DNA of 64,000 nt from Centroscyllium fabricii (GCA_051313645.2 JBNRSN020000029.1:41044001-41108000); one strand, 5' to 3'. Shown: positions 9,933 to 22,660, counted from the stretch's first letter. The notes: a model not told the origin generated them from the letters alone. Numbers and translations: made by a program.

Positions 9933-12455
9933 TTTTAATCGTTCCTGGGATTGGCGTTGCTGGCAAGGCCAGCATTTATTGCCCATCCCCGATTGACATC
10001 CAGAAGCTGGTGGTGAGCCACGTTTTTGAACATCTGTAGTCTGAATGTTGAAGGAACTCCCATAATGCTGCTATGGGGGGAGTTCCATCATTTAAACACA
10101 GCGACGAAGAAGCAACGGCGATATATTTTTCTAAATAAGGATGGATTGTAATTAGGAGCAGAACATATATGTATTGTGTACTGATGTGCCTGATACCCTT
10201 GTCCTTCTAGGTGGTGGAGGTCGAGGGTTTTGGAGGGGCTGCCAAAGAAACCTTAATGAGTTGCTGCAGTACATCTTGCGGAAGGTACGCACTGCAGACA
10301 CGGTGCACCGGTGGTGAAATTAGTGAATATTTAAGATGATTGATGGGGTGCCAATCAATGCCACTGCTATTTTCTGGATGGTGTAGAGCTTCTTGAGTGT
10401 TGTTGGAGCTACACTCACCCAGTCCAGTTGAGAGTATTCCTACACACTCTGGACTTGTGCGTTTTGGTGGTTGAAAGGCTTTGGGGTGTCTGGAGCTGAG
10501 ACACTCGCCGCAGTCACCCCAGGCTCGGATGAGTTCTCGTTGCCAGAATATTTACGTCTCAGTTCCAGTTATGTTTCTGGTCAATGGTGACCGCCGATAT
10601 GATGATGGTAGGTGATTCGACGCTTGTGATATATTGGACTGTGAAGGGGCGATGGTTAGACCCTCGCTTTTTGGAGATAGTCATTGCCAAGCACATATGT
10701 GGCGTGAATGTTACTTGTCACATATCAGCCCTGGACTAAATGTCATCCAGGTCTTGCTGCATGGGAGCATGGGCTGCTTCATTAACTAGGGATATTCGAA
10801 TGGAACTGAACACGTTTTGACTAAGGCGGTAATGATATCTGGAGCCGTGTGCTCCTGGCAGAACTAAAAGTAAGCATCAGTGAGCAGATTATTGATGAGA
10901 AAGCGCTGCTTGGCAGCACTGTTGCCGACACCTTCCATCAAGTTGCTGATGACTGAGCGACCGATATGGCGGTAATTCGTCAGATTGGAATGCTCCTGCT
11001 TTTTGTGGGCAGAACATAGCTGGGCAGTTTTCCACGTTGTCGAGTAGATGCCATTTTTGTAGCTGTACTGGAACACTTTGTCTCGAAGTGTCCCCAATTC
11101 TGGAGCACAAGCCTTCTAGAGCAGTACAGCCAGGACGATATCTGGGCTCATAGCCTTCGCTGTATCCATGCACTCAGCCTTTTTTGATATCACGTGGAGA
11201 GCATAGAATTCACTGAAGACTGTCTTATGTAATGGCGGAGAATGCGGTCAGAGATAGAGAAGGATCATCCACTCAGCGCTTCTGACTAAAAATGGTTGTA
11301 AACGCTTCAGTCTTGTCTTTGTACGGAAGTCGTGGCCTGTGGTGGAATACACTCCTTCTGCTGCTGATGGCCCACGGCGCCTCATGGCTGCCTAGTATTG
11401 AAATGCGAGATCTGTTATAAATCTATCCCATTTAGCAGCATGGTAGTGCCACGCAAAATAATGGAGCGTGTCCTCAGTGCGAAGTCGTGATCCCGTCTCC
11501 ACAATACATTGAGTTACCCAGCAGCATATATTCTGCGCCCCTACTACACTCAATAATTCGTCCAAGTTGTGTTCAATATGGATTCAGACGTAGGGTCACC
11601 CACCTGAAAAGTAACATCTGTTGTTCTCTCCACACGGATGCTGCCTAACCTCCTGTGTTTCCAGCATGTTCTGTTGTTATTTTAACATGGATTAGGACGA
11701 TTTTGTCAGCTGAGGCGGGGGGGGGGGGGAGGTGTTAGGTGGCAATCAGCGTGAGGTTTCCTTGCCCATGCTTGATCAGACTTCATGGCGTTTGGAGTCA
11801 AAGTTGAAGACTACCACGGCCACTCCACCTTACTGTGCACAACTGTGCCGCCACCTCTGTGTGGTTGTATCGTGCCGGTGGGGCAAGGCCAAAGCACACC
11901 CACGGTTGTTGGACTAGCATTCTGGGACAATGGCTGAGAGGTGAGTATGTGAGTATGACTATTTCAGGCTGTTGCTTGAATATAAGGGATAGCTCTGCCA
12001 ATTTCGGCACAAGTCCCAATATGTTAATGGGAGCAATTTGCAGGATCAATTCGGCTGAGTGTGGCATTGTCATGTCCAAAGCCAGTGCTTAGAATGATGC
12101 CGGGCTGTACCTCCAGCTTTATTCCTCTGATTATTTACCGTAGCTGCTTGTTGCAGTTGGGTGTCTTGCTTGGCAATTTGAGACCACATTGCTGTGGGTC
12201 TGGAGTCACATATAGGCAAGTCTAAGTAAGGGCAGCATATTTGCTTCCCTAAATAACATTAGTGACCCAGATGTGTCGCTGTGACAATTCGATTGTTTCA
12301 TGGTCACCATTACTGATACTAGTTCTTTATTCCAGCTTTAAATAATTAACTGTAATTAAATTCCTCAGGTGCCGTGGTGGTATTTGAATTCGTGTCCCTG
12401 TTTCATCAGTCTAGGCCTCTTGATTAATAGTCGAACAAGTTAATATCGTGCCCGT
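9933..12455 (-). mobile_element. Degraded CR1-group LINE with a tRNA/SINE-like 5' head (copy 1)
   Basis: APE N-terminus (NILGLVPKLAELS..KQQPEIVILT, ORF 11798-12079) and RT-region remnant (WKTAQLCSAHKKQEHSNLTNYR, ORF 10864-11097). B-box-like GAATTCAAATACCACC at the 5' end. The 3' end is homologous to 30809-30875. Confidence 0.8.
11585..11682 (+). mobile_element. Penelope-like tail fragment inserted in the LINE (degenerate hammerhead)
   Basis: cagacgtagggtcacccacctgaaaagt...gatgctgcctaacctcctgtgtttccagca resembles 6960-7060. It is flanked by the imperfect duplication aa(t/c)atggatt. Confidence 0.55.
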
Positions 12456-13913
12456 CAGACGACGGAGCAATTAAAATGCAATTTTTTAAATAAATGCACA
12501 ATGTGGTTGAATTCCACTAGCGATGTAAAAACCTGTGGTATTTTGGATTCTGCAGACACTTCAGAACATTAGCAAATTTAGAAACGTTGTCCCCACTATG
12601 ATGATCAAGGTATCCATTCATTCCCACATCCTACATCATCCCGACTGTTGCTTTCCCAGCTGTGATTTTGTCATAAACCACCTACAACATTCCATGCATC
12701 GCGAATTATAGGACGCATAGAAACATGCTGCACTGATTTTCAATCTGATGTATTTCCCGGTGGGATAGTATAACTTTCGTAAAGTGTTCACGTGATCGCG
12801 TTTCCCCCATCATACAGCCTTTGGTCATGCAGAGTGTGAATTTTGTAAGGCATGTTATAATTCCTAACAGCATTGAGAAGACTGCTTATGTATCCGACTG
12901 AAATTCATTACTGCAGCGAAGTATGCCACCGACACAGCATTAATCCTGACTGCGATATTTACACTTTTAATCAGCATTTCAGTTGTTTAATAATTGCGGT
13001 TTATGGCAGAATTCCGATGACATCACCGTGGTGGCGTGGGAGCATTTTTTTGGAAATTTCCGACAACAGAGGCCAGCAGCAGAATTATTTCAGTTGCATA
13101 TTGACTGCACATGTAATTGTGGATTCGTTGTAACGTTCCGGATTTTTCACATTGTCTATGTAGTGAACTTGATAAATCAAGCGAAATCGGAGAAAATGGA
13201 TTACTGGATATGAGGGATATTTTCCCCCCTCTGTTGCGGTAAGTATTTTGTCTTTAATGGTAGTCAGAAATAATTACTCACCACTTTCCATGTATGTTTC
13301 ATGGTTCTCTTTTCAAGGCTTACTTTGTTGTCACGATTTTCATTATCATTGACTGTTTTGGGCACTTTCATGAAAATACAATTTTTGCCTTCGTTGCAGA
13401 AGGAAAACACTGTCGGCACTAACAAGAAAATGATTACACTACAAAATGTTGTCGATTAGTATTATACAATTACCGAGTTTTATTTGCAGTGCTTCATTTT
13501 CTGAAAGGGGACAAGGACACAATTGATGCGTTGTTATTACGCTAATAACATCTAAGCAACATTAATTACGTTGATTTGTGAAACTGATTAGTTATAAAGT
13601 TGCAGATGTGCAAAAATTGAGAGCAAACTCTTTAAATGACAGCCAATTTGGAGATGTTAGAAAGGTGTTTCGCGAATGCTTTTGCAAATCAGAGATATGT
13701 CCTTCTCATTGAAATATATCACGAAGCAGGATTGGCAATCAGTACATTTCCTTTAACGGTAACATTGTAATTTGAAGGGTTTTTGGATTAAAATAATGGT
13801 TCTAGATTCCTGGCACTAAAAGTGTCACAAATAATGGAATAGGTTTCACTCATATTTATCACAGAAGGAGATAGAGTGAGAATATAGCTGGCTTCAAACG
13901 AACATACCTGATT

Positions 13914-15480
13914 GAAACATAGAAACATAGTAGATAGGAGCAGCAGTAGCTCATTCGGTCCCTCGAGCCTGCTCCGCCATTTAATGAGATCATGGCTGAT
14001 CATCCAAATTCAGTGACCCTCCCTGCTTCCACCCCATATCCTTTGATCCCTTTAGCTTTAAGTAATATATCTAACTCCTTCTTGAATATATTTAATGATT
14101 TGGCCTCTACGGCCTTCTGTGGTAGATAATTCCACAGGCTCACCACTCTGTGGGTGAAGAAATTCCTCTTCAACTCTGTCCTTAATGGCATACCCCTTAT
14201 CTTCAGACTGTGACCGCTAGTTCTGGACACCCCGCCATCGGCAACATCCATCCTGCATCTAGCCTGTCTTGTCCTGTTAGAATTTTGTAACTGTCAATGA
14301 GTTCCCTCTTTCATTCATCTAAACTGCAGCGAGTATAAGCCCAATCGAATCAATCTCCCCTCATACGTCATTCCTGCCATCCCACGTAGCAGACTAGTGA
14401 ATGTTCGTTGCACCCCCTCCATGGCAAGGACATCCTTCCTCAGGAAAGGTGACCAAAACTGCGCACACTGCTCAAATGTGGTCTCACCAAGGATCTGTAC
14501 AACTGTAGCAAGTCATCATTGTTCCTGTACTCGAATCCTCTCGCTACGAAGGCAACATACCATTTTCCTTCTGAACTGCCTGCATTTATCCACATTATAC
14601 TGCATCTGCCATGCATCTGCCCAATCACAGAACCTGTCCAAATAATGCTGGAGTTTCTTGGCATCCTCCTCACCGCACACACTCCCACCCAGCTTTATGT
14701 CGTCTGCAAAATGGAGATATTACATCTAGTCCCCTCCTGCAGATCACTAAGAAATAACATGATTAGTTGGGTTCCAGCCATCGATTCCTGCGGTACCTCA
14801 GTAGTCACTGCCTGCCACTCCGAAAAAGACCCATTTATTCCAACTCTGCTTCCTGTCTGCCAAAACGTTTTCTTACCAAGTCAGTACCTTGCCCACAATC
14901 ACATGCGTTTGAACTTTACACGTTAATCTCTTATGCGGGGCCTTATCAAAAGCCTTCTGAAAGTCCAAATGCACCACATCCACTGGTTCTCCCTTATCTT
15001 TTTTACAAATTACATCCTCACAAAATTCCAGTAGATTAGTTAGCACTGCTGCCTCGCAATGAGGAACTCCTGGGTTCGAATCCTGCTTGGCGCAGGACCT
15101 CTCCGTGTGGAGTTTGCATGTTCTCCCCGTGTTCGTGTGGGTTTCCTCCGGGTGTACCGGGTTGCTCCCACCACCCTAAGACATGTAGGTTAGGTGTATT
15201 GGAGATACTAAAAATTGCCCATGAGTATGTGTGTGAGATGTGGTTCTTGGAGTTGGTGGTACCGAGGGATGTGTGGAGAGGGTAGGAGTTGGGTTTGGAT
15301 GATCAGCCATGATCTCATCAAAGTGGCGGAGCAGGCTCGAAGGGCCGAATGGCCTACTCCTTCTCCTATCTTCTGTGCTTCTGTGTTTCTGTGATTAATC
15401 AAGAAATATAAACCTTTTGCAAATCCTGGTTGACTCTGTCCGATCCTGTCACTGTTTTCCAAGTGCTCTGCTATTACATA
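13914..15480 (-). mobile_element. CR1 LINE fragment, interrupted by a SINE
   Basis: ORFs 14000-14251 (GHSLKIRGMPLRTELKRNFFTHRVVSLWN) and 14440-14688. CATAGAAA-type tail at about 13914-13930. Confidence 0.9.
15038..15392 (+). mobile_element. V-type tRNA SINE (5'-clipped)
   Basis: B box GGTTCGAATCC, V-domain GTGTGGGTTTCCTCCGGGT, CR1-like tail ending in (TTCTGTG)n. Confidence 0.85.
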
Positions 15481-15987
15481 GAATTTATTCCATTCCTTTT
15501 AAATAAAATCTGTTCAACTTGTGCAAATGATGGTTCTTCATAAGCGTGGTAGGTTGGCAGTCAGCAATGCCGCAGTGTGTATGTCAATTTAAACGACAAA
15601 TGCTTCTCTTATTAATTAAAACATAAATACAGTAATGAGACAAATTACAGAAGAAATTGATGTGCCGTTGACTTTAAATTTTCAGATCTGGGAGTTCTTC
15701 AGTTCTACCATCAAAATACTAACAATAGAACTGGTAATATCCAGAGCAAGGGTAGATTAAAGTGTCTCACTGGAGATTCCGCGGTCTCTGACTTAGTTAT
15801 GCCATAAGGCCATTATCGAAATAGAATTGAATAGCTTGTGTATTAACGCACGACCTCAATTTTAGCTTGTTCTTTCGTGTTCTCGTCTTCATTCGTCATT
15901 TTTGTCAGTTCACACCAATTCCCTGGAGTGCCGTCTGGCCTCGCACCAACTTTTAACGGAGGGGAACAGACAGCAACAATTTGTAAT

Positions 15988-16804
15988 GGGCCAGGTTTTC
16001 CTCTGTGCTGGTTAGTGCATGCGCTAGGACGCTGTGGACTCCTAATCGCATGCACCAACATCGCACAGAAGTTTCACCGTCAATTTCCTCCCCGTTCCTG
16101 CGCTGCGTGGCAGTCCAGCCACGCTAGGTGCGCAGTGTATGCCCCGCCCACAGATCCCAAATTTAAATTAAAAACGCCCCCAGATCCCTAATTTAAATTT
16201 AAAAATGCGCACAGATCCCGAGTCGGACCTTTGTGAGAGCAGGGAAGTGCGGAGCTGCACTCACAGACTCGGCGGGGGAGCAGCGCGGGCAGAGCAGCTT
16301 CTCTGAGGAAGAAACGGAAGGTAAGTCTCCCATTTTGTCCTCTTAGATTTTTTAATAGCTAGAGAGTTAAAAATTTCAGAAATTTAACTTTAAAAATTAA
16401 CGATTTGAAACAGGTAAATTAACTTAAAATCGGATTTGTAATTTTTAAAAAAAAACTTTAACTTAAAAATTGAACGCTACCGATCTGGCCACATTACTCC
16501 CAAAAACTGTAAAAAATTAAAATTAAAATAAAAAAATTAACTTACCTGCTTTAATAACTAAATCTTCTCCCTCACGCATGAGTTTACTACTTGTTTTTCT
16601 GTGTGCAGCTTGTGAGCCAGTTGCACACGGAATCACTCTCCAAAAATCACCGTTCTGACAGGAAATCGTCAGTGCAAGGTCTTCATGCGTTGGATGCTGA
16701 CGGGCATTAAAATCAGCACAGGAAATTCCCGTCCGTGGGCATCCCCCGTGCTGCCCACCCACGGGGCATTTCGGACGCCCCCCCCTTCAGGAAAACCGTG
16801 CCCC
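15988..16804. mobile_element. Non-autonomous TIR element sharing its core with 9025-9852
   Basis: TIR GGGCCAGGTTTTCCT / AGGAAAACCGTGCCCC with AAT/ATT flanks. The internal block gtggcagtccagccacgct...cccacagatcccaaatttaaat is nearly identical to 9152-9215. Confidence 0.8.
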
Positions 16805-18465
16805 ATTATAGCGATGTAGTACAACGTCCCAAGGCAATTCATGGGACACTAACCAGGCAAAACAGGAATGAACTTAACGTTGCTTTGTGCCTTTCAGATT
16901 TTTTTATTGCATGCAAGATAAACTGAAATCCGTCAGACTTTAATACTGTGCTATGGGATCCTATACATTTCCCCCCATCAATGATCTAAATGAAAACACA
17001 TAAATTACCTCTGATTGTTTTCGGCCATACACATAAATTAAAACATCTGTCTTACCTACTTGGAGTGCTTGCGCTAAAATGATAAATTGATTTAATTAAT
17101 ATGTGAATAAAGATCATGGACTAGATTATGGTGTCTATCTGACCCTTAAGTATCATTTGGGAAGAGAGCAGTGAAAACAATCTGGTGGAGTGAATGCACC
17201 ACACTGTACTGAAACCATTAGGTTTTCAATCCATTAATGTTGATGACCGGATAGGTTTTAGGGTTCCGTTACCATACACAATCTTTCCCACAATATGTAC
17301 CTCATGGCTCCGGACCTACGATTCTTTGTGCCTAGTTGATGAACATGGAAATCATCGCATTATGATAAAGGGAAATCCAGTTGTGTAGAAATTGATGTTT
17401 TTCAGTAGCTTAAAACTGATGGTATTGAATCGACCGACCTTTATACTCTGTGGCCCATATACAATAGAAGTAATTGCAATAGAAGGGAATATCAGCTGGG
17501 GTGTATAGCAGGAATGGGCGGCCAGATAATCCATTTAACGCCACCGTCCAAGACGAATTTCTACCCCTGAGTATAAATAATCACACGATAATTGGACGTA
17601 GAATCGAAATTTCGTTCACTTCCAAAATTGTTGAATGATAGAAACAAGTTTAGCATGTGCGCAAAATGGGCAATCGTAAATCGGCCATTGTTTTACAATG
17701 CAGACACTATTTCTTCAGGTGCGAAAATTAATCTGCTGCCCATTTGCTGTGGCCTGTTTAAATCCACCTCCGAAGATGAAAATTATGTCATTTGGCACGG
17801 AAATTGCACAACATTTGCCTACGACTCTCACCCAAACTTTGGTGGGAAAACTTATGCAATACCGCAGAATTTTTTTACACTGCAGGCTTCAGGCTACTGC
17901 GTCCTTTCAACAGTGTTCCTGCTTATGTCCAATTAAGTTTACCACTTGATGGCACTGGTAACCCCACATTGATGGCACTGATATCCACACATAATTTCAT
18001 TGCCAGTATTTTTATTATTTTGGTTTAATTATATGCCATTAAATTGTGTAGAGGTCATTCCGGGTGAATGTGGACATTTGGCACCTGGCAGAATAAAGGC
18101 GACAAAGGCTGGGCATCTGGTTTTAGATGCAAAACAGATTCGACGCTGTGAAAAACGGGCGCCCGATCGGCTGCAACCACTTTCCGCCAATGTTAAAAAC
18201 TAAAATTCAGCCCATCATTTTCTGGATAGTTTTAGTGGCAGGCTGCCCAAGATGCACCTGATTTTAAAGCCGACCAGTTCTCCAACACTTGTGCAATCTG
18301 CGTGGCCAATTTATCGTGCAGGTTATACATTACCCCAGTTCGACGGAAATAACGGTGACTTCAACTATCAAAAGCTTGACTGAGATACAATTAGCATGGA
18401 ACAATTATTAACATGCATTCATAACGCTATTTTGAGAAATTCATTCAGAGCTATTTTTGAGCAAT

Positions 18466-18716
18466 TGTAGCACCGGCAGGCCCAGGAACCACACGTGAGC
18501 CAGAGCTAGAGAAAAGCACAGCTTTAATCACTAGTACAAAACAAGAAAAAGAAAGAGACTGAACCACTCGAGACAGGCATATTTAAACGGTCCCGCGGTT
18601 GGTGACGTCATCGCGTCGGCCGACGTGATGACGTCGTTGCGTCACCCGGATTAGCGGGGCTTTGCTCCGCGGAGTCCCCGTGGCGGATTCGATGTCCCCG
18701 TGGGTGTACCGCCACA
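18466..18716 (-). repeat. 3' LTR of the CsRN1-clade element
   Basis: TG...CA ends; about 95% identical to 22675-22925. Confidence 0.95.
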
Positions 18717-18758
18717 CAGCTCCCCCCAGAATCCGTCCGGGAGGAATAGTGACAGTGT

Positions 18759-21518
18759 CTATGTGTGCCGTTGGGGTGGCCGGATGATGCGGCCGGACCG
18801 TGTTGCTAGTAGTCTCTGGTTCTGCGGTGGAGTGTGGGTGGGTTTTGCTGCGGGAGGGCGACCGCGTTGTGGTGGTTGTGCGGGGACCGTGGTCTCACCC
18901 GCTATCACATGTGCCGGCTTGAGCCGGTCTATTGTTACAGTGTCAGTCCTGTTACCCATTTGTAATTCGAAAGCTTTCGCTCCCGCCCGAAGCACTCTGT
19001 AGGGGCCATCGTAAGGTGGCTTTAGTGGAGATCGGTGTCTGTCGTGCCGAACGAACACAAATTTGGCATTTTTAATGTTGTCTGGCACCCGAGCCGCCGG
19101 CTCTCCGTGCCGGGCCACTGGTAGTGGCTGGAAAGCTCGTGCCGGGTTAGCAAAATCTTTTAAATACTGGTCGGCTGACCAGGGAGCATTGGGCTCAGCC
19201 AGGAACTCGCCCGGCACCGTTAAAGTTTGGCCGTAGACGAGCTCCGCTGCCGAGGCATTGAGGTCTTCTTTGACTGCCGAGCGCAGCCCAAGGAGGACCC
19301 ATGGAAGGCGGTCGGTCCACGATGCGTCCTTTAGCGTGGCCCGTAGTGATGCCTTCATCGAGCGGTGGAACCGTTCGCATAGGCCGTTCGCCTGTGGGTG
19401 GTAGGCGGTGGTTCGGTGTAGCGTTACCCCGAGGTCACGGGCGATGGCCGCCCATAATGCCGATGTAAACTGGGGTCCTCTGTCGGAGGTGATGTCTGTG
19501 GGCACGCCAAATCGGGCGACCCAGGTGGCGATGAACACCCTGGCCAAGTCCGTGGTGCCGGTGGCAGTGAGGGGGACTGCTTCTGGCCAGCGAGTGTTGC
19601 GGTCGACCATGGTCATTAGGTGCGTGGGGCCCCGGGATGGCGGTAGTGGCCCGACGAGATCTATGTGGACGTGGTCAAAACGCCTGGCCGGTACTTTAAA
19701 ATTTTCCAGCGGTGCCCTGATGTGCTTATGCACTTTGGAGCGCTGGCAGGCTATGTAGGAGCTGGCCCAGGTGCGGACGTCTTTGCGCAGGCCGCGCCAT
19801 ACGAAACGGGCCGATATTAGCTTAATGGACGCGCGGGCGCCGGGGTGGGACCGGTCATGGAGGGTCCTAAAGATATGTTGCCTCCAAGCGTGGGGCACGA
19901 CGGGCCTGGGTTGCGGTAACGAAACATCACAGCAGACGACGGTGGCAGCGGGGCCGCACGCGATATTGGCCAAGTGAAGGCCGGAGAGATTAGTTGCTGC
20001 GTTGAGTAGGTCAGGGTCGGCCAGCTGGTCAGCGGCCAGCTGGGCGTAATCGACCGCCATTTGGGCGGCGTTAATGGTGGGGCATGAGAGGCAGTCAGCC
20101 ACCACGTTGTCGCGACCGGAAATGTGCTGTATGTCGGTTGTAAATTCCGACATGGCCACGAGTTGGCGCTGCTGCCTGGCCGACCAGGGTTCAGCGACCT
20201 TAGCCATCGCAAATGTGAGTGGCTTATGGTCGCTGAAGGCTGTAAAGTGGCGGCCCTCCAAGAGGAAACGAAAATGTCGCACCGCCAGATGGAGAGAGAG
20301 CAGCTCTCTATCAAAGGCGCTGTATTTAACCTCTGGGGGCCGGAGTTGCCGGCTGAAAAAGGCCAAGGGCTGCCATGAGTTGCCGGTCCACTGCTCAAAT
20401 ACGGCCCAGACTGCATGGTCGGAGGCGTCGGTGGTGAGGGCTACTCTGGCTTTGGGCCTAGGGTGGGCTAGCAGGGTGGCGTTTGCCAGGGCGGTTTTAG
20501 TTGCGGTAAAGGCGGTGGCGGCTTCTGCCGTCCACTCGACCGCAGCCTTATTGGACTGCCCGTGGGTGGCCTGGTATAAGGGGGCCATGAGAGCGGCTGC
20601 TCCGGGGATAAAGCGGTTATAAAAATTAACCATCCCCAGTAATTCCTGCAGCCCTTTAATGGAGTGCGGGCGGGGCAATTCTTGTACCGCCTGAACCTTC
20701 GAGGGCAGGGGTATGGCCCCTGTTTGGGAAATGCGGTGGCCGAGGAAGTCAATGGTCTCGAGGCCGAATTTACATTTGGTGGGGCTTAAAATAAGGCCGT
20801 GTTCAGTAAGGCGTTGGAACAGGGTCCTGAGGTGCAGGAGGTGTTCCTGGGGGGAGGTGCTGGCCACGAGGATGTCGTCTAGGTAGACGAAGATGAACTT
20901 CAAGTCCCGTAGGACCGAGTCCATGAGGCGCTGGAAGGCCTGGGCTGCGTTTTTAAGGCCGAAGGGCATCCTAATAAACTCGAAGAGTCCGAAGGGGGTA
21001 ATTACGGTCGTTTTGGGAATATCCGCCGGGTGCACCAGAACCTGGTGATAGCCACGCACCAGGTCGATCTTAGAAAAGATCGTACAACCCGCTAATCTGG
21101 CGGAAAAATCCTGGATGTGGGGTACGGGGTACCTATCCGGGGTGGTGGCGTTATTAAGACGGCGGTAGTCGCCGCAGGGGCGCCAACCTCCGTCGGGCTT
21201 GGGGGCTATGTGGAGCGGAGAGGACCAGGGGCTGCTGGAGTGGCGGATTATACCAAGTTGCTCCATATTGCGGAACTTGGTGCGCGCGATCTCCTGCTTG
21301 GCCGGGTCGAGCCTACGGGCGTGGGCATGGACGGGCGGGCCTGTGGTGGTAATAAAATGCTCCACCCCGTGATTGGCCTTGCGGGCGGTGAACGTGGGGT
21401 TGGTTAGGGCGGGGAACTCTGCCAGGAGCGTGCCGTAGGCATCGGAGTCCCTGGAGTGGCATTGGGCTGCCACGTGGGCCACGAGTGCGGGCCCTGTAGA
21501 GCATGGGATGGTCGTCAT
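18759..21518 (-). CDS. pol: Gypsy pol: reverse transcriptase, RNase H, integrase (919 aa open frame)
   Basis: RT motifs WRPCGDYRRLN, MPFGLKNA and YLDD. RNase H motifs TDAS and DHKPL. Integrase H-H-C motif, HIDLVGPLP, SDRGPQF, YHPQANGLCERFH and the GPY/F module (PYDGPY). Confidence 0.95.
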   Translation of the reverse strand: MTTIPCSTGPALVAHVAAQCHSRDSDAYGTLLAEFPALTNPTFTARKANHGVEHFITTTGPPVHAHARRLDPAKQEIARTKFRNMEQLGIIRHSSSPWSSPLHIAPKPDGGWRPCGDYRRLNNATTPDRYPVPHIQDFSARLAGCTIFSKIDLVRGYHQVLVHPADIPKTTVITPFGLFEFIRMPFGLKNAAQAFQRLMDSVLRDLKFIFVYLDDILVASTSPQEHLLHLRTLFQRLTEHGLILSPTKCKFGLETIDFLGHRISQTGAIPLPSKVQAVQELPRPHSIKGLQELLGMVNFYNRFIPGAAALMAPLYQATHGQSNKAAVEWTAEAATAFTATKTALANATLLAHPRPKARVALTTDASDHAVWAVFEQWTGNSWQPLAFFSRQLRPPEVKYSAFDRELLSLHLAVRHFRFLLEGRHFTAFSDHKPLTFAMAKVAEPWSARQQRQLVAMSEFTTDIQHISGRDNVVADCLSCPTINAAQMAVDYAQLAADQLADPDLLNAATNLSGLHLANIACGPAATVVCCDVSLPQPRPVVPHAWRQHIFRTLHDRSHPGARASIKLISARFVWRGLRKDVRTWASSYIACQRSKVHKHIRAPLENFKVPARRFDHVHIDLVGPLPPSRGPTHLMTMVDRNTRWPEAVPLTATGTTDLARVFIATWVARFGVPTDITSDRGPQFTSALWAAIARDLGVTLHRTTAYHPQANGLCERFHRSMKASLRATLKDASWTDRLPWVLLGLRSAVKEDLNASAAELVYGQTLTVPGEFLAEPNAPWSADQYLKDFANPARAFQPLPVARHGEPAARVPDNIKNAKFVFVRHDRHRSPLKPPYDGPYRVLRAGAKAFELQMGNRTDTVTIDRLKPAHVIAGETTVPAQPPQRGRPPAAKPTHTPPQNQRLLATRSGRIIRPPQRHT

Positions 21519-21523
21519 GGTGT

Positions 21524-22504
21524 TTAAATCACCAAGCGGCGCTGAGTTACATCGAACAGTAGGCCATAGGTGCAGAGGAAGTCTGCCCCGAGGATGGGAG
21601 AAGTGACCTGGGCTGTTACAAAATCCCAGGTGTACGTGTGGCTTGCAAGGGTTATAGTTAGCTTGCAGGTGCCGTACGTTTTTATATTAGAGCCGTTGGC
21701 TGCCGCTAGTGGCGGGCCCCGGGTACCCCGTTTGCTTTCTGCAGGGCAGGCTGGCACAATGCTGTGCTGCGCGCCTGTGTTGCAGAGGAACCTGATGCCT
21801 GTACCGCTGTCTGTGGCGAAGAGCAGTGCTCCTGTGTGGCCTACAGACATGGTGGGGGCTGAGGTGGGCCGTGACTTGAACGTGCATGGCTGGACACAGC
21901 GGTGCGCTTTGTGTTCAAACCGCGTGTGGTAATAGCACCAGCCGGTGCTAGAGGGACACGGTTGTCTGGGCGGGCGCGGGGCCCTAGGTTCAGGCGTAAC
22001 GTTGTGCCTGGGGGGTGATTGGCTGCGCTCTACCGATGCGGAGTTAGGGTCGCACATGGTTGAGTGGGTGCGCTGGGCCTCCATGAGCCTGTTGGCCTCC
22101 TCTCCGAGTTCATCATCGCTCCGGTGGCAAAGGGCCGCCAAGGCCGGTCTGATGGCGCGGGGCAGTTTGAGGAGGAAGACGGTGCGGAAGAGGGAGGCCG
22201 GGTTGGGTGTGAGCGCTTGCATCTGACCTAAGAGGTCCGATGGGTCTGCGTCCCCGAGTTCGGGGAGGTCGAGGAGCTGGCAGTTGCACTCAAATTGGGA
22301 GGGGGTAAATTTTTTGATAAGCGCGGCCTTAAGCGTTTCATACCTGCCTGCGATGGGCACGCGCTGGACTTTTGACCACATCCGATCAATCGTCGTCTGT
22401 GGTAGGGCTGTGAACACCAGGTCATACCGGTCGTCCCCGTTGATGCCATGTGTGCGGCAGCTGGCCTCGATGCAGACGAACCAGGCCGCTGGCCGTTGCT
22501 CCAT
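21524..22504 (-). pseudogene. gag: Gypsy gag-protease, frameshifted relative to pol
   Basis: CYYHTRFEHKAHRCVQPC CHCC knuckle. The protease site reads FLCNTGA (catalytic D changed to N) and ILGADFL is present. Apparent indels at the LPEFW motif and at RLV(D). Confidence 0.88.
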
Positions 22505-22660
22505 CAGAACTCCGGTAGAGTCAATCCACGCCCGGCGTTCTGTCCAGCTCCTTGAGTTCGTGGAGCTTAGTTTCTTGGGTTAACCATGCTTTCTGTTAAA
22601 AGTCTTTGGCTGGTGGTCCCAGATCCTGCGGCAGCTTAACTTCTCTGGAAGTCGTTCCAG

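Noticed and set aside
21515-21535. TTTAAAC slippery heptamer at the gag/pol junction, suggesting programmed -1 frameshifting
   Set aside because: The heptamer is in the pol frame, not the upstream frame, which reads ATT TAA. One lost G (GTG GAT to GTG AT) restores a continuous RLVDLNTM frame, so a deletion is the simpler explanation.
18700-22583. Many 60-200 aa antisense or alternative-frame ORFs
   Set aside because: Shadows of the GC-rich gag/pol coding sequence.
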